A stretch of DNA of 64,000 nt, taken from the NCBI RefSeq assembly GCF_964355755.1, contig NC_092674.1, forward strand, positions 24,676,001 to 24,740,000, written 5' to 3'. The translations under genes and the position numbers were made by a program. This stretch comes from Antedon mediterranea. Lineage: Eukaryota > Animalia > Echinodermata. Positions 25,635-39,142 of this stretch are shown piece by piece; the stretch's first letter is position 1; each line of letters opens with the position of its first letter. Below the pieces are notes generated by a model. That model was given only the letters and a program-made list of their open reading frames with translations, was not told where the DNA came from and did no database searches.

Positions 25635-27501
25635 TAGTGTACATTTCGCCATCTGATAAAAGTCTAATGTTGACGATGGGATATTTCTTTTTCTACAGTT
25701 TACGTCATGCTGTACAGTACATTTTTTATACAAATATTCAGTGCATTTACTCAGTATACAGTCAACTCTTTTATTTTAATACCTGTACAGTACCACCTTT
25801 GGACTGGCCTACAGAGTACCTTTAATGTCTGGTTTTCTGGAAAGTCTGGTATTTTTACTAAAAGAATTAGGGCATTTTGAACCTCAAAGTCTGGTTAAAT
25901 TGTGAGAGAGAGAGTTTCCGGGTATCTGTTGTAAGACTCCTTTTATCATACAGTACAGTAATCAACAGCGTGTACCGTTAATATCCCCAATTTGTTTTTT
26001 ATTACTTTTACAATACAACATTCTGAGATGAATCTTTGTTTTTAATTACCAAAGACTTCCAGACATGTTTGAGGTTTCTAATTAACATAATTTTTTTTTA
26101 AATAATTGCATTCAGTGCATTTAATTTGTTTTATGTGGTTAAAACCTGAACCACAACAGCCAGTATAATTGTACTGCTAAATTCTATCAGTAAAGTTATT
26201 GCTAAACTGTGTTATTTAAGCACAGTTTTTACCGATTTAGTAATATCCGGTTAGTGACATAATTAAGAAATTAGAAGAATACAGAGATTTCTGCCCCTTT
26301 GGCTATGAATTACTGTACTTTTTCACCAGTTTTAACTTCAAAATTTTTTTTTTTTTTATGGACAACTTTATAACTGAGTTCAAACAATAAAGATCTCTCT
26401 TCTCACACATTGATTCATGTTCATATTTTTAATAATTTTATAACTAAACTCAAATCTCAATTTTGAGTTTATAAAGTTCTACTAACTGTGTACATTAACA
26501 TTGTTTTCTTCCCATGTTCTGTAATTAAATGCACTAAAAATATGCGACTGTTTTATACAAGACAGTCTACAGGTTCATACAATGTATTAACGTGCCGGGA
26601 AAAATGTCTTACACTATTTATAATTCTCTTTCAATCTTTTGTAAATTAATTGTTTACGTACTGATATCAATAGAAAAATACGCTTTATTTATGAAAGGAA
26701 ATAACAAATAAAACTCCAAAACAAGAAATTCTATTTCTTGAATACTGTACACATGATAGCACTAAACATTCCATCTTTATACGGTAATTGGTTTGCTTTC
26801 TTCGGAATTGTCACCGTTTTTGGAAAATGTGTAGGAATGCAAGAAAAATATTTGCAAATTTAGCCCCAAGGCGAAAAAATACTTTTTTGATTTCCGTAAG
26901 GCCAAAAAATCATGCGGGTAATTGAAACATAACAAAGGGGGGAAGAATATTAAAGCTGGAATGTCAATCGTTACTTTAAGGTATTAAAGTACAGTACCTG
27001 TTCCAAGAGACTGACACAAATTATACTTGTTATTTTTTTTAGAGGATAAAAATTGCGCTGATCTACCGGTCAATAAAAAGCAAATTAAACGTAACCCGGG
27101 GGTTTCTTTCCCCTTTATAATGCATGAATCATGTCACCATGACATGCACTATTTGCGATCGTAACATCTTTCTTTTGGCCTGTCAATCATGTGAGCGATG
27201 TACTATACTGTAGTTGATTCTCTGTACCATACTGTAGGTAGGCCTAAACGACAAACTCCTGTTGTTTGTAGGCCTATACATTTTTATACATTATGAAGTT
27301 GTGGCCACTAAATAATTTTTCATGGACAAAACAACCTTTTTCGTAATCTGCAGATTTTTTTTTCAATTTCTCTAGCTGTACAAATATGGGTCATGGCGTG
27401 GCTAATAGTAGAATGTCATAACAGAAATGACTCATACTGTACATACATTAATTGGTTGTCATAGCGAATATATCTGTATATTATTATTATACTGTACTTA
27501 C

Positions 27502-28127
27502 TTTTCTTTGACACCATCCGGTAAGGCCTCGGCAGATCTCGAGCCCTCTGGTGTGTTTTCAGAATCTCCACCACCATTCCTTACTGTATTACTTATAGCT
27601 AATCCATATTCGGGGCCTATAGATGTACCGGGGTAGTCTGGAGGGGGAGGTCTCTTATCAAGGTCAGTTATCAATTGTTCTTGGCTGGTAATAACTGGTA
27701 ACTGCATATGAAAACTGGTACCAAATTCTCTTGATAAACTGTCCAATATACTTGTTTGTCCTTGAGATTGTAGTCTTTCATATTGCGGTTTAGCACTCAC
27801 TAATCCATGTTCGGGGCTTGTGTTATTATCTTTTTCATGCGAGTCTGTTTGTTGTTCAGTCTTGTCCGAAATGTCCGACGCACCGATAAACTCTTTCCAA
27901 TTCGATTTTCCAACCATCGAGGAACTGTCCTTGAATATTTGTATATCGTCACTTAGCGACGGTTTATGACGTTTTAGTTGTTTTTCGACGGTTAATAAGT
28001 GATCGTCGCTTTTCGTTTGCCGGTGAAGAACCGTGCCAGTGCTGCTGGCTTGTGGCATTACAGCAGCAGTGAATAAAAAACCGTGAGTGGTCTGCAACAT
28101 GGTTTTAACAGGTCCAGTCTGGGCCAT
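27502..28127 (-). CDS. AMOT: Angiomotin-like gene, coding exon 1 (disordered N-terminus with PPxY motif)
   Basis: 209-aa ORF containing RPPPPDYP; GTAAGT donor at 27501, phase 2 matches exon 2; upstream acceptor at 28241-28242. Confidence 0.8.
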
Positions 28128-31100
28128 ATCTTACAAGTTATAAAGCATCATTGTTTATACAAGTAAACATCCTTAGTGAAATCATTGGCATAAATACATT
28201 TTGATTTGTCATAACTCGGATTTCCACCTTTAAAAAATTCCTGAAAGTGAAAGGAAATGGTTTTGTTAATAAAATGTTACTTTCTCATCTCCATTTCATC
28301 ATCACTCATTCCATCTCAATAAGGAAATAATTTCAGTGATGTAAGCTGTACAGTACAGAACTGGTAACAAGACTCAGTAGAGAAAAAGATGTCAACGCGA
28401 TTTACTTGTTGAAATTCCTCAAGTAAAACAGTATAAAACAGGGCTGTCGTCATGGGACACAATGTACATAGTAAGGTATACAGTTTACAGTATGAACAGT
28501 GCAATATAAATGCATTTTAATTTTAATAATGATGTATCAACTATTCATTGCTCATTGCAATAAAAGCCTGGTCACATGTAATGCAAAGCAATACATCCAA
28601 AACCACAGTTAGTGTTATTATGTCACATGACCACGGTATTAACCAATCGAAATCAATTACACAAAAAAAAATTAAATAAATAAACTGAAGATAGTGATCT
28701 AGGGTCAAGGAATGACTTGACCTGGCTGATGGCAGGTATCAGATGCATCTAGGAATGCTAACAATTTAATTATGAGTACTGAACATCCAGCTGCCTTTAT
28801 AGCCTAGAATATTGAAAGAAATAGTCCAATAACTTTCAATGACGTCACATCAAACGAACTATGCATTTAGTCTCGTTAAAATTAAGTTAAAAGTAAACTG
28901 TATAACATTCATTGAGTATTTTGTAAATCCAAAAAATAATACTAAACTGTACAGTAACTTCAGTTTTAAAACTACTACAAATAAGTTTATATTTCTACAG
29001 TTGACCGAACCTAATTCAGCCACTTATTAACAGTGCTATCATGAGCATACCATGGAGGACAGGTACATGATCATACCAACATTAAAAAGACCCTTTTCTA
29101 TTAATAAGGAATCTGGACTCTTCTTATAAAGGTGAAGGAAAAAAAAACAAAGGCAACATCTGATGTTCCGAAATTAGAACTATAAATCTACAGTACATCA
29201 AAGGCCAGAGCATGTTGCAGTAACTTCAAGTTCAACATAGCTTTCTCCTATTTTGTGCACAGTACAGTACAGCTACACTGTACTGTAGTATAATGATAAA
29301 TCACATTCTAGATCTTATAGCCATTGACTGTATAGTTATAGTAGGCATGCAGTACATAATGTACTGTATTTGTTCTAAGCTGTGCTGTGACTAAAAATAA
29401 AAGTTTATTAGATGATAAAGGGAATACCACACAATCCTGATTGATAGAGGCATGCTGGGTAGGAATGTCTCAAATAACATGTGACCACAACATGTCTGTG
29501 TGTAGCTTCAACAATAAATAAATGATGTATGATGAACCAATACTGTAAAAATGTAAACATTTGAATCACTCTGTAAAAAGGACAGCCCCATAACTTTTAA
29601 GAGCCCCACGCCCCCCACTCCTATTTTTATAGATCTTGTTGTCTACTGTACCGTAAGGCCAAGGACACTTTTCACATTATGTACCATTTAGATATTTGTA
29701 TGATTTTTTTGTGTGTATAATTTACCTTTACAAGCAGACATTTAAAAAATGTGTTAGTCGCCACCAAATCTTGAAAACAAATTACAGTTGCCTAGAAAGA
29801 AACACCCTCTGTAAAGCAGATAAAGACAGTATCTCCTAATACCAAACTTTATTTAATTAATATCGGTGGAGACGATTTTTCAATATTTTTAATCAATCAA
29901 TATGTAATGCTAATTTGTTTGATACATTATAGATCTACAACAATAGAATACTGTAAGTAACTGTATTTAGAATTTTATTATATAGGCCTAAGCTTATTTG
30001 TTATGCCATGGATGTTTACGATGAAGCCACCCTTTACAATGATAAACCAATGACACATAATTTATTTTTTTAACTCATCAACAACTAAAATCAACCAAAT
30101 AGCCTGTATGTTAAACAACAAAATCTCAACCAAAACAAAGTACATTTAATTAAATATAATTTTATAAGCTATAGCCTACTTAATATTAGGGCAAGGTGTG
30201 CTGCTGTAGGCCCTAGATATTGCCTAATAATAAGAAAAATCATTTAGTTGGGTTAAAAGATCAGTTGATAGCCTAGGCCTCCACACACCACCATACATTG
30301 TGCTCCATCGAGAAAGACGATGGGTTCGTACCCTCTCTCTTCCCACACCATGCATTCATCAAAACACAACCACCGACTGCCCAACAACCACAACCACATT
30401 ACGAAAATTACCGACCAAAAAACGGAACACAATTTAATGATAATCATTTTATAAAATCATGAAACATACCAATCGTCAATTTACATAATTGTATTATCCT
30501 TGGATGAGTTAAAACGATGATTTGTTCCCTCTATTGCCCATCAAATCCACCTTTCTTCGGTTTTCTTTCTTCCTACCTTTTTGGCTATTAAGCACGTCTG
30601 CTTTGCTACAATTTTATTATTGTTAGCACTGGCTTCAGTATGCTAGGAATGTAGAGTACTATTCAGTATACCAAATTGGACTTCAGATTAGGTTTTTTCT
30701 CTTCAAATAGTTTACTCCCGAGTTTACTTCAACGTAAATGTTTTCAAAATGAAAAATAAACGTAATAATATAATATAAATTTTGCACATGGTTAAGTTCT
30801 ATGTTAGGTTCACTTTGAAGGACGTATTTCATCTAAAATAAGTTGGAAATGAAGCATTAATTCACCGAACATGATGATCCGCTATCGCTGTCTGGACAAA
30901 GCGAGTCTAATACCTCCAAAACATTTTTTAAAGAAGTTAAGGTGTACCCTGTGTGTTACAGGATAACATGCCAATGCCAATTATAAATTTTTCCTTCTCA
31001 TATATATTTCCTTTTATTTATGGAGCATTTTAATTCATTATTTCAGTGGAACGTTTTAATTATACCTAAATACTAATGTTTGCTATGTATAGGCCCTACA

Positions 31101-32210
31101 ATCATTATATGTATAGTGAACTATAATATCTCTATGATATGTGAAATCTGAAGTGTAATAAAATACATGATTAATGTCAGAATAAAAAAAATCAACAATG
31201 TTTAAAAGGACAATTATACTACTTAATGGAGGGACCTCGATTTTTGGAAAATCTTGCCAAATACCAGGCAATATATTTAGCCTAAATGCACTGCCTCTAG
31301 GCCTGCTATATTGATTTATTTGTATTTTGGTTACAGTATCTGATACTAAGTAGATAGTCGAGTACTTTCAAGAAAAAGACAAAATGCGAAATCGCCGCAT
31401 TTATTTATTTGTCCTTTTTGTATTTTTATTTTAAAATCAAAAACACACATAATTATTATTATAATTATTATAATAATATGATATATTTCATAATACTTTT
31501 TTTAATGTCGAATTGTTGCAGGTGGCCAATTACTCGTAGATGGTTTGACAATTGTAGAATCGTAACTAAGTTGTTTTAATTTTTCTTTTTGACCTGTTGG
31601 TCTTTCTTTTCCTTTATATATATATTTTGTTAATTAGCAGAATAAATAAATAAAATACATTCATTATTTAATTATTTTTAGAACAATTTAGACGTTTACC
31701 AAACAATCACAGAGAACTTATCTTTGACAACATTAGTACATTCCCTACTTATTCAACAAGTCGCGGGTCTCCATGTCTTTAATACTGAAATATTATATAC
31801 TGAATTTTTAATTTTTTTTGGTCTCCCCAAGTTGATTGAATAACAACAGTAGTCTCGAAATCAGACGCAGCGTGGTAGAAACTGAACATGTTTGATGTCC
31901 AATTTGGTATGCTTACTAGAGGTACATACTTTTTTTGAAATATGATGCCACTGAAATAATATGATGCCGCCTCCACCAGCCATGAAAATAACACATGGCG
32001 AAATTAGGTTTAGCGCCCTCCAATATTTCCATTTGAAAAGTTGCTGAATATTTAATTCCATCTCATTCGTTTAATTATCAGGCACAATTATAATAATTAT
32101 CGTAAGTTTGTATATTACAAATACGATGAAACAACTATGTATGTATGTATGTGTATATTTAAATAAATCAGACACATTTCTTGTTTCTGCCTTAAAATAA
32201 AATATTTATT

Positions 32211-32247
32211 GTACGAGTACTTTCGACCACAGGTCATCATCAGGTAC
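32211..32247 (-). ncRNA. Minimal type I hammerhead ribozyme motif (Penelope-type)
   Basis: gtac-CTGATGA-t-gacc-tgt-ggtc-GAA-AGTACT-C-gtac followed by AATAAA; conserved core nucleotides present. Confidence 0.7.
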
Positions 32248-33602
32248 TGATAGAATATTGGTAAAAGACGAATACATTATAGAAAAAGGGTAGTGACACG
32301 TAACAAACAAAAAGTCACATAACAATAAAAACAGCAACAGCAAAAAGACTTTAAAAAAACGGAGATTGCAGCGAATTGTGTAGTAAATATAAGGAAAGAA
32401 ATAGGTGCTGCATGTGTACATTTTTAATAGTAAAATAAATTTGTTATATGACGCCGACACATACGAAGACTTGTGAGTGACAGGTAAAACTCAGTTGAAG
32501 AGTTTGTTTAGAATAGAAGACATATCAGAACATTGTATACCGGTGCCGACACTCTTCATTGTTTTTTTTTTTGGAACATAGTTAATATCACTAAACATTG
32601 AATCGGAAATCAATCTGAAAGTCAGTCAGGTTTTTGTTGGTTAAGTTAATGTTGTTTTTTTACTAATGAAAATTCATTATTTCTGTTAATTTAAAAGTAA
32701 ATATCTCTAACACTACAAAATGGCCTATTCATGCTGGGGGCTAGTCTTCTAAATCAAGTAGTTTGAGACAGATGTGAAGATGCTTTCGGCACTGGGAGAA
32801 AATGTATAATCGGATAAACAGACAAATCATTGAAAAATAAATTCGACAAAGCATTTCAAGTCACTAACCTGTCTGAATTTGTTATCTTTATTGTTCATGT
32901 GTTCCGGGGGATAATTACATCTCTTTACTTTTTAGTTAATTATGAAAATTAATAAATTATTTAATTGGATGAATTCTCCTCCATTATTACTCTCCGTCTC
33001 ATCTCTAATGAATAACTTCCGGTATTAGTAGTGAGTACAATATTCTCTTCAATTAATGAACAACTTCCGGGGCCACTTAATTTTACTGTTGTGAAACCGT
33101 AAGGAGTAAATTCCAAATCTCATCTTGTTTTCACTTTTTGTAATAATTGTTTTCACTTTATCTCAAATATAATATAAGCATATTAAATTATTATAAATTA
33201 CTATTAATTTATAAAAGAAATGTTTAAAAATGTTCTTTACCTATGTTTTTAAATTGTCATTGTCTTATCTCACTTTTAAATCACTTCACATATTATTATA
33301 TAATCATTTTATAAGACCCGTACTTTAATAATAAACAATAGAAAAATAATGATTGCACTCTCATTATCGCGAATTAATTGTTTGATTTTGTGAAAGTGGG
33401 CGTGGTCGTCACTCTCGATACCTCATATCACTGACAGTGACACACTGTGTGGGAAGTAAACAAAGGATAGGCAGCATCAGTACATGCCACAAGCTAAGCT
33501 AGGCAGTTGGCACAACGGGATCAAACTAATGTTTTCGTCTATGGTGAATTTTCATGTTTCTGTTAGTAGGATGTGGTCTGAGCTATATGCTGATTCTCAA
33601 CG

Positions 33603-34481
33603 ATGCGTTTAGATTTATTAATACTAAGAACAATGTCGAATAAATGTTCAAACAGCAGCAGCAGCAGGATTAACGCTGCTGACCGCCGCAAAAACAAGGT
33701 TGCAGAGAAGCTGACAGCCGCATTGGAATTCGTACGTAACCGTGAATACAACGCTAACGTTGTCTGTAACATTGCTTATGCTGGCTCTATTGTATTTTTC
33801 CTCATTGGGGCGCTAAGCCCCAGATTGCCAAGAGCTTCCTTTCCAGTCGTAGGCAATATGTTTCCTACAAAAGCAAAATTCGGCAAGTCAAAACCGCCAC
33901 GTACTATCCTAGCTATTCTATTCTGTATACATTTTATGAGAAGGATTTTAGAGGTACTTTTTGTGCACAAATTCAAACGCGAATTAAATATTTTGGAAAC
34001 AATACTTGGACCATTTTGCATATGGATATTCTCCCTATGGATTGCAATATCTATTCGTCCAGTTTCTGGATATTTTAACCTTTATTTAGCAATGTATCTG
34101 ATTGGAATAATTTTATTTATCCTTGGCGAATGTTTTAGTTTATCTTGTTACGCTAACTGTATTTTGAAACAAAAATTGTGCACAGTTTTTGAAAACTTTA
34201 TGCCAAAATGTGACTTACCTGGAGGAATTTTATTCCCATTTCAATCGGGATATCATTTGTTTTCAGAAGCGCTTTCTTGGTTCGGATTTTTTGTCGCAAC
34301 TGGAACACTTTCTGCATTGTTATTTTTTATTGGAAACTTTATTATCGTTGTGGTATATTTAATCAAATGTTTTAGAGAACGACGTTCCAACCATCAATGC
34401 AAACATAAAGTTATAAATGGTAACACAATCTTCCCTGTCAACGATAACGACGTTGCTTTAAAATTTGAATGTCAGCCTTAA
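33603..34481 (+). CDS. Intronless steroid 5-alpha-reductase / trans-2-enoyl-CoA reductase (TECR)-like membrane protein, divergent
   Basis: 292-aa multi-TM ORF. HFMRRILEVLFVHKF matches TECR HYxKRxxExxFVHRF; LPGGILF..FSEALSWFGF matches the family C-terminal region. The start may be ATG 33633. Confidence 0.8.
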   Translation: MRLDLLILRTMSNKCSNSSSSRINAADRRKNKVAEKLTAALEFVRNREYNANVVCNIAYAGSIVFFLIGALSPRLPRASFPVVGNMFPTKAKFGKSKPPRTILAILFCIHFMRRILEVLFVHKFKRELNILETILGPFCIWIFSLWIAISIRPVSGYFNLYLAMYLIGIILFILGECFSLSCYANCILKQKLCTVFENFMPKCDLPGGILFPFQSGYHLFSEALSWFGFFVATGTLSALLFFIGNFIIVVVYLIKCFRERRSNHQCKHKVINGNTIFPVNDNDVALKFECQP

Positions 34482-37117
34482 TATTACGTGGCCACACGTT
34501 GCTACATCTTCCCCACCGAAGAAAGAAGAGGACCTTCTTTGCGATACCTTTCCACTGACAGACACGGTATTATTACCAAAGTACAGTATATTAAAAGCCA
34601 TTGAAATAAACATTGTCTACAGTAATCAACAAAAAAAAAAAAATCTCAATTTAAAGAATATAGTACATTTGGTATACAAATGACGTCGCGTCCAAAAAAG
34701 AAATTTGATGTACAATCAAATAGTACTCACAACCATGTTTCGCAAATTAACTTTGTCAAGTGGTGGTATTAATTTTAATCTGGTCCGATATTTCTTTTTG
34801 TATTTATTGATGATCAACAAAAACGTGTATTATATTATCATTTGAATCTGGATGAAGAAATTATTTCAAGAATGCAAATAGGAACAACAATTACAATGCA
34901 AATATGTTCACCATTGACACACGAATTAGCAGATCCAAGAAGAGTCTGTAATTGATTTTTAATTTATTTATTTATCTTCACATTGGTTTTATGTAGTTTT
35001 TTTTTTAATTTGCATTAAATTAAATGTACTTTTTATGTTAAGTTTTTTACAAGTACAGTAGGATCTCGTACAGTACCCAAAGCCGTATGTAAAACACGAT
35101 ATCTGAAACAAGAGTTTTATTTACTTGAATTTGATGGGTACCACCATAGATAAAATATAAATTGTACATGAATAAAATTGATATTATAGTAGATTAGAAA
35201 TTTTCTGAAATTATTTAATTTATGCAATGTCTTTCCATTTAGTATTTAATGATTAATTTAAAAGTTACTGTTACTAATGTGAATTTGTATTCATCACCAG
35301 ACACAGTTTAACAGTTACTGTATTAGTATAATTTGATTACATTGAAGACATATACCATATATTCTTTTTAAACTAAATTCTAAGGAAGATTTTTTTATTT
35401 AATATGCGTGAATGATTTCTTTATGTTGGTAGGTTTTTATAAATATTGTAAAGCAACAATAGGAGCAACTATAGTTTTCATTCCAACGATTGTTTTTAAT
35501 CGAACGTGTTTCCAGTCCATAGAATGTAGAAATAATGCACATTCCAAATCTATTGAAAACTTTTTTAAGAATAAATTTTCCCTTTTCCATTGATCCTATA
35601 CAGTAAAGGACTGCATGAAAACTACATACATCATTGTTTGCGTTTTTAAGCCAGACCGAACACAAAACTACTTTAAAGATTTTAAGAAAACGGATCATTT
35701 GTAAATTAAACAAATAGTATTATTTTACTGTGTGTTGAATCAAAAACAAAAGGAAAATTTAACTCTTAATTTAATATTAGAAATGGAAGAAATCGATACT
35801 TACTTTGTTCCACTTTTTAAATTCAAATTCTCCAAGACAGTACAAAATATTTAATTCAAGAATTTATGATAAAAATAACAACACCTTAAAGTGAACGGCA
35901 TGCATTTGTTACTGTTTTAAAATATTGAACACAATGTTTAGTTGTTTTAGTTGATCTTTATTTTGACAATTGGTGTTAAGATAATTATTACATCAATTAT
36001 GTTGCAATTTCCAAATTGAACAATTGTATTCAAATACAGCACACTCTCCAATGACAAATACATTCCAGGTAAAATTTAGAGGAAAGTGTAGCTACTCCTA
36101 CTGTACTAGAAGATACTGTTAAACTTACATACATACAACTGTACATAATAATGTATGCTGTCGACAGTAAGGTGTGTAAAAATAAGCATGGGATTGCTTT
36201 TTAATCATAGGTTTGTGTTTTCAAATAAATATATGATAGAACCTCTATTAATGGGGACACCCAACACAGTGTCCCCTTAAAGGCCAAATATAGAATCTGT
36301 TATTTCTTATGACTGTTTACACACAACACGGAGTGGACGAGCAGTTTCCGCTCAGGATATACAATTCTATGTGGGACAAGCTATGCGGTTTTCCAATTAC
36401 CATTACTGCTCTTTCGTGTAAATTAGCCTTAATAGAAATATAGTTCAGTATGCCTGTACTTTCATTTTCATTTATTATGAAATAAACCTCGCATTCATTT
36501 TCAACATTCTGATGTACATTGTCCAATGATGTTAATTATTAACAGATGGACCAATGCAATATTGTACAATTAGAATATGTTATGTTGTGATAATTCTTGT
36601 ATACAGTACATTTTTAGTCAATCTTGTTTTAATGCTGAAGCTGAATAAATTTCTAGATTTAAACAAATAGTTTCTTTTTTGTGTTTGCTTTTTATAGTCA
36701 ACTTTCTCAAAACTGTAAAATGTGGTTTTTACAAAGCAATAATATAAGAATATGGAGATTGTGTTTTCTGAGAACAGCAGAACCCCTATAATAAAGTAAC
36801 CCCTATAATAAAGTAACCCCTATAATAAAGTTTCCCCTAATAGGTGTCCCTTTAATAGGGGTTAGTTGTAAAAAATTGATTTCCCCACGTTCATGTCATT
36901 AAAAAGTGTCCCTTTAATATGGTGTCCCCTGAATAGGGATGTGCCAAAGAAGGGATTATACTGTACAATACTGTATCTCCATAATAGGGATGTTCCGTAG
37001 TGTTTAAACATCTATATCCCCTCATTCAAGTCATGGAAAGTGTCCCTTTAATATGGTGTCCCCTGAATAGGGATGTCCCAAAGAAGGGATTATACTGTAC
37101 AATACTGTATCTCCTTT

Positions 37118-37557
37118 GGGTGTCCTCCTTTAATATGGGTGTCCTCCTTTAATATGGGTGTCCTCCTTTAATATGGGTGTCCTCCTTTAATATGGGTGTC
37201 CCCCCTTTAATATGGGTGTCCCCCCTTTAATATAGGTGTCCCCCTTTAATATGGGTGTCCCCCTCCCCCTTTAATATGGGTGTCCCCCTTTAATATGGGT
37301 GTCCCCCTTTAATATGGGTGTCCCCCTTTAATATGGGTGTCCCCCTTTAATATGTGTGTCCTCCTTTAATATGTGTGTCCCCCTTTAATATGGGTGTCCC
37401 CCTTTAATATGGGTGTCCCCCTTTAATATGGGTGTCCCCCTTTAATATGGGTGTCCCCCCTTTAATATGGGTGTCCCCCCTTTAATATGGGTGTCCCCCT
37501 TTAATATGGGTGTCCCCCTTTAATATGGGTGTCCCCCCTTTAATATGGGTGTCCCCC
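37118..37557. repeat. Minisatellite, 19-20-bp unit tttaatatgggtgtccccc, ~22 copies
   Basis: Directly visible tandem array embedded among MITE ends. Confidence 0.95.
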
Positions 37558-37699
37558 AAGGAAGGGGATCTACTGTACATCTCCATAATAGGGATGTTTT
37601 GTAGTGTTTATTTATACCCACTCATTCATGTCATGGAAAGGGTCTCCTTAATAGGAGTGTCTCCTTAAAGGAGGAAGTAAGGAGCGTTAATGTGACTTA

Positions 37700-38592
37700 A
37701 GCCCCTTTCACACAGAGCTGTAAGACGGTAATATTGCGGTAATTCGCGAACGCCGGCTTATGTGTGAAAGGGTAAAAACCCCTTAATGCCGGCTTCCGTT
37801 AGACCGCCTCTGGACCTAGTAAAATTGCGGTAATATTACCGTCACGGTCGTAAGCCTGATCTGTGTGAAAGAGTCCACGATATAACGCCTGCTTACGCAG
37901 TGAAGCAAGGCAAAGAATATATATTCTTTGAGCAAGGATAAATTGAGGACATTTTCCTTGATTGAGAAAGACTGTGGCAATTACTTTCTTATATCCATTA
38001 TATTATATATTTTTAGGTTAGTTTGTAAATAATACAATGGAAGAATACGGCCAATAATAATAAAAATATAACAGATGTTGGTCCAAAGATTATACTTGCT
38101 GTAACGTACGTAAGCCTAGGCCCTAGTTAGCATAGTTCTAGCAGGAACATCCTCCGGTGCGCGCTCCCGGTGCTAGCTCATAACCGCTTCTGATAATTAA
38201 ATTCGCGTCTATTTGTAGGCCTAATAGATTTTGTTTCTGTAGAATGGCCATCACGATCGGGCAGTTATTAGCACGGAGTGGTGTTGGGCAAAAATATAGA
38301 TTTTATGCATCGTAAATAAAAAAACTAAACGACGGACACACAAAACAACATCAGCAAACATGTGCGCGCATGGCATGTTTTGTGCAGGTGCCCGCCATTT
38401 TCTTTTCTCAAAAAGTGCGACCTCTATTTTATGAAGACAGTAATCTTTAAATATTGCGCCTTTCCACTGTGGCCTTTCACACAGAAGACGGTAAAATTAC
38501 CGTAATATTACCTTCTGTGTGAATGGGTTTAGACCGGCAATAACGCCGGCTTGCTTACCGCAATATTGCCGAAGTTCTGTGTGAAAAGGCCT
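37700..38592. mobile_element. Non-autonomous PIF/Harbinger element, TTA TSD
   Basis: TTA|AGCCCCTTTCACACAGA ... TCTGTGTGAAAAGGCCT|TTA; subterminal inverted repeats. Confidence 0.85.
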
Positions 38593-38951
38593 TTATACTC
38601 TACTACTGTTTGGAAACAATAAAATGAAAAAAACAATAGAAGGGAAGCAATTGTATTAGAAACCAATGAGGTCATCTTCCTGTCTGGTCAGGTTCACCTA
38701 CAATATTAAGCCTGATGTCATATCACTACCATATTTGGGCATATCACTACCATATTTGAGAACATCACTTTTTTTTTGTCAAACTAGTTTGATAGTGTAG
38801 ACAGAGCTTTAGGCCATGGTTTATATGCACAATAATTATTGTACTGTATATAAAATTGTAGAATAAACTTTCACCCGTTTCACATTGCCTAGCAACATTT
38901 TGGGATTTACACAGAATAACCAAGCACACACCGTACAAAACTCTGGTTTAA

Positions 38952-39142
38952 AGGCCAATTCACACAGACGAGCGGTGATGGTATTCGAAAAAGAAAATAT
39001 AGAATCTATGTTATTTCTCCATTTACACAAAATGCGGGGTTGAGCGGAAAACCTACTCAGGATACAGTAGATACAAATTTTATGTGGGACAAACTACATG
39101 GTTTTCAACTTAGCGTTACCATCCGTCTGTGTAAACTGGCCT
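38952..39142. mobile_element. Small Harbinger-like MITE (related, deleted copy at ~36280-36430)
   Basis: aggccaattcacacagacg / cgtctgtgtaaactggcct; shared internal tatgtgggacaa motif. Confidence 0.65.
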
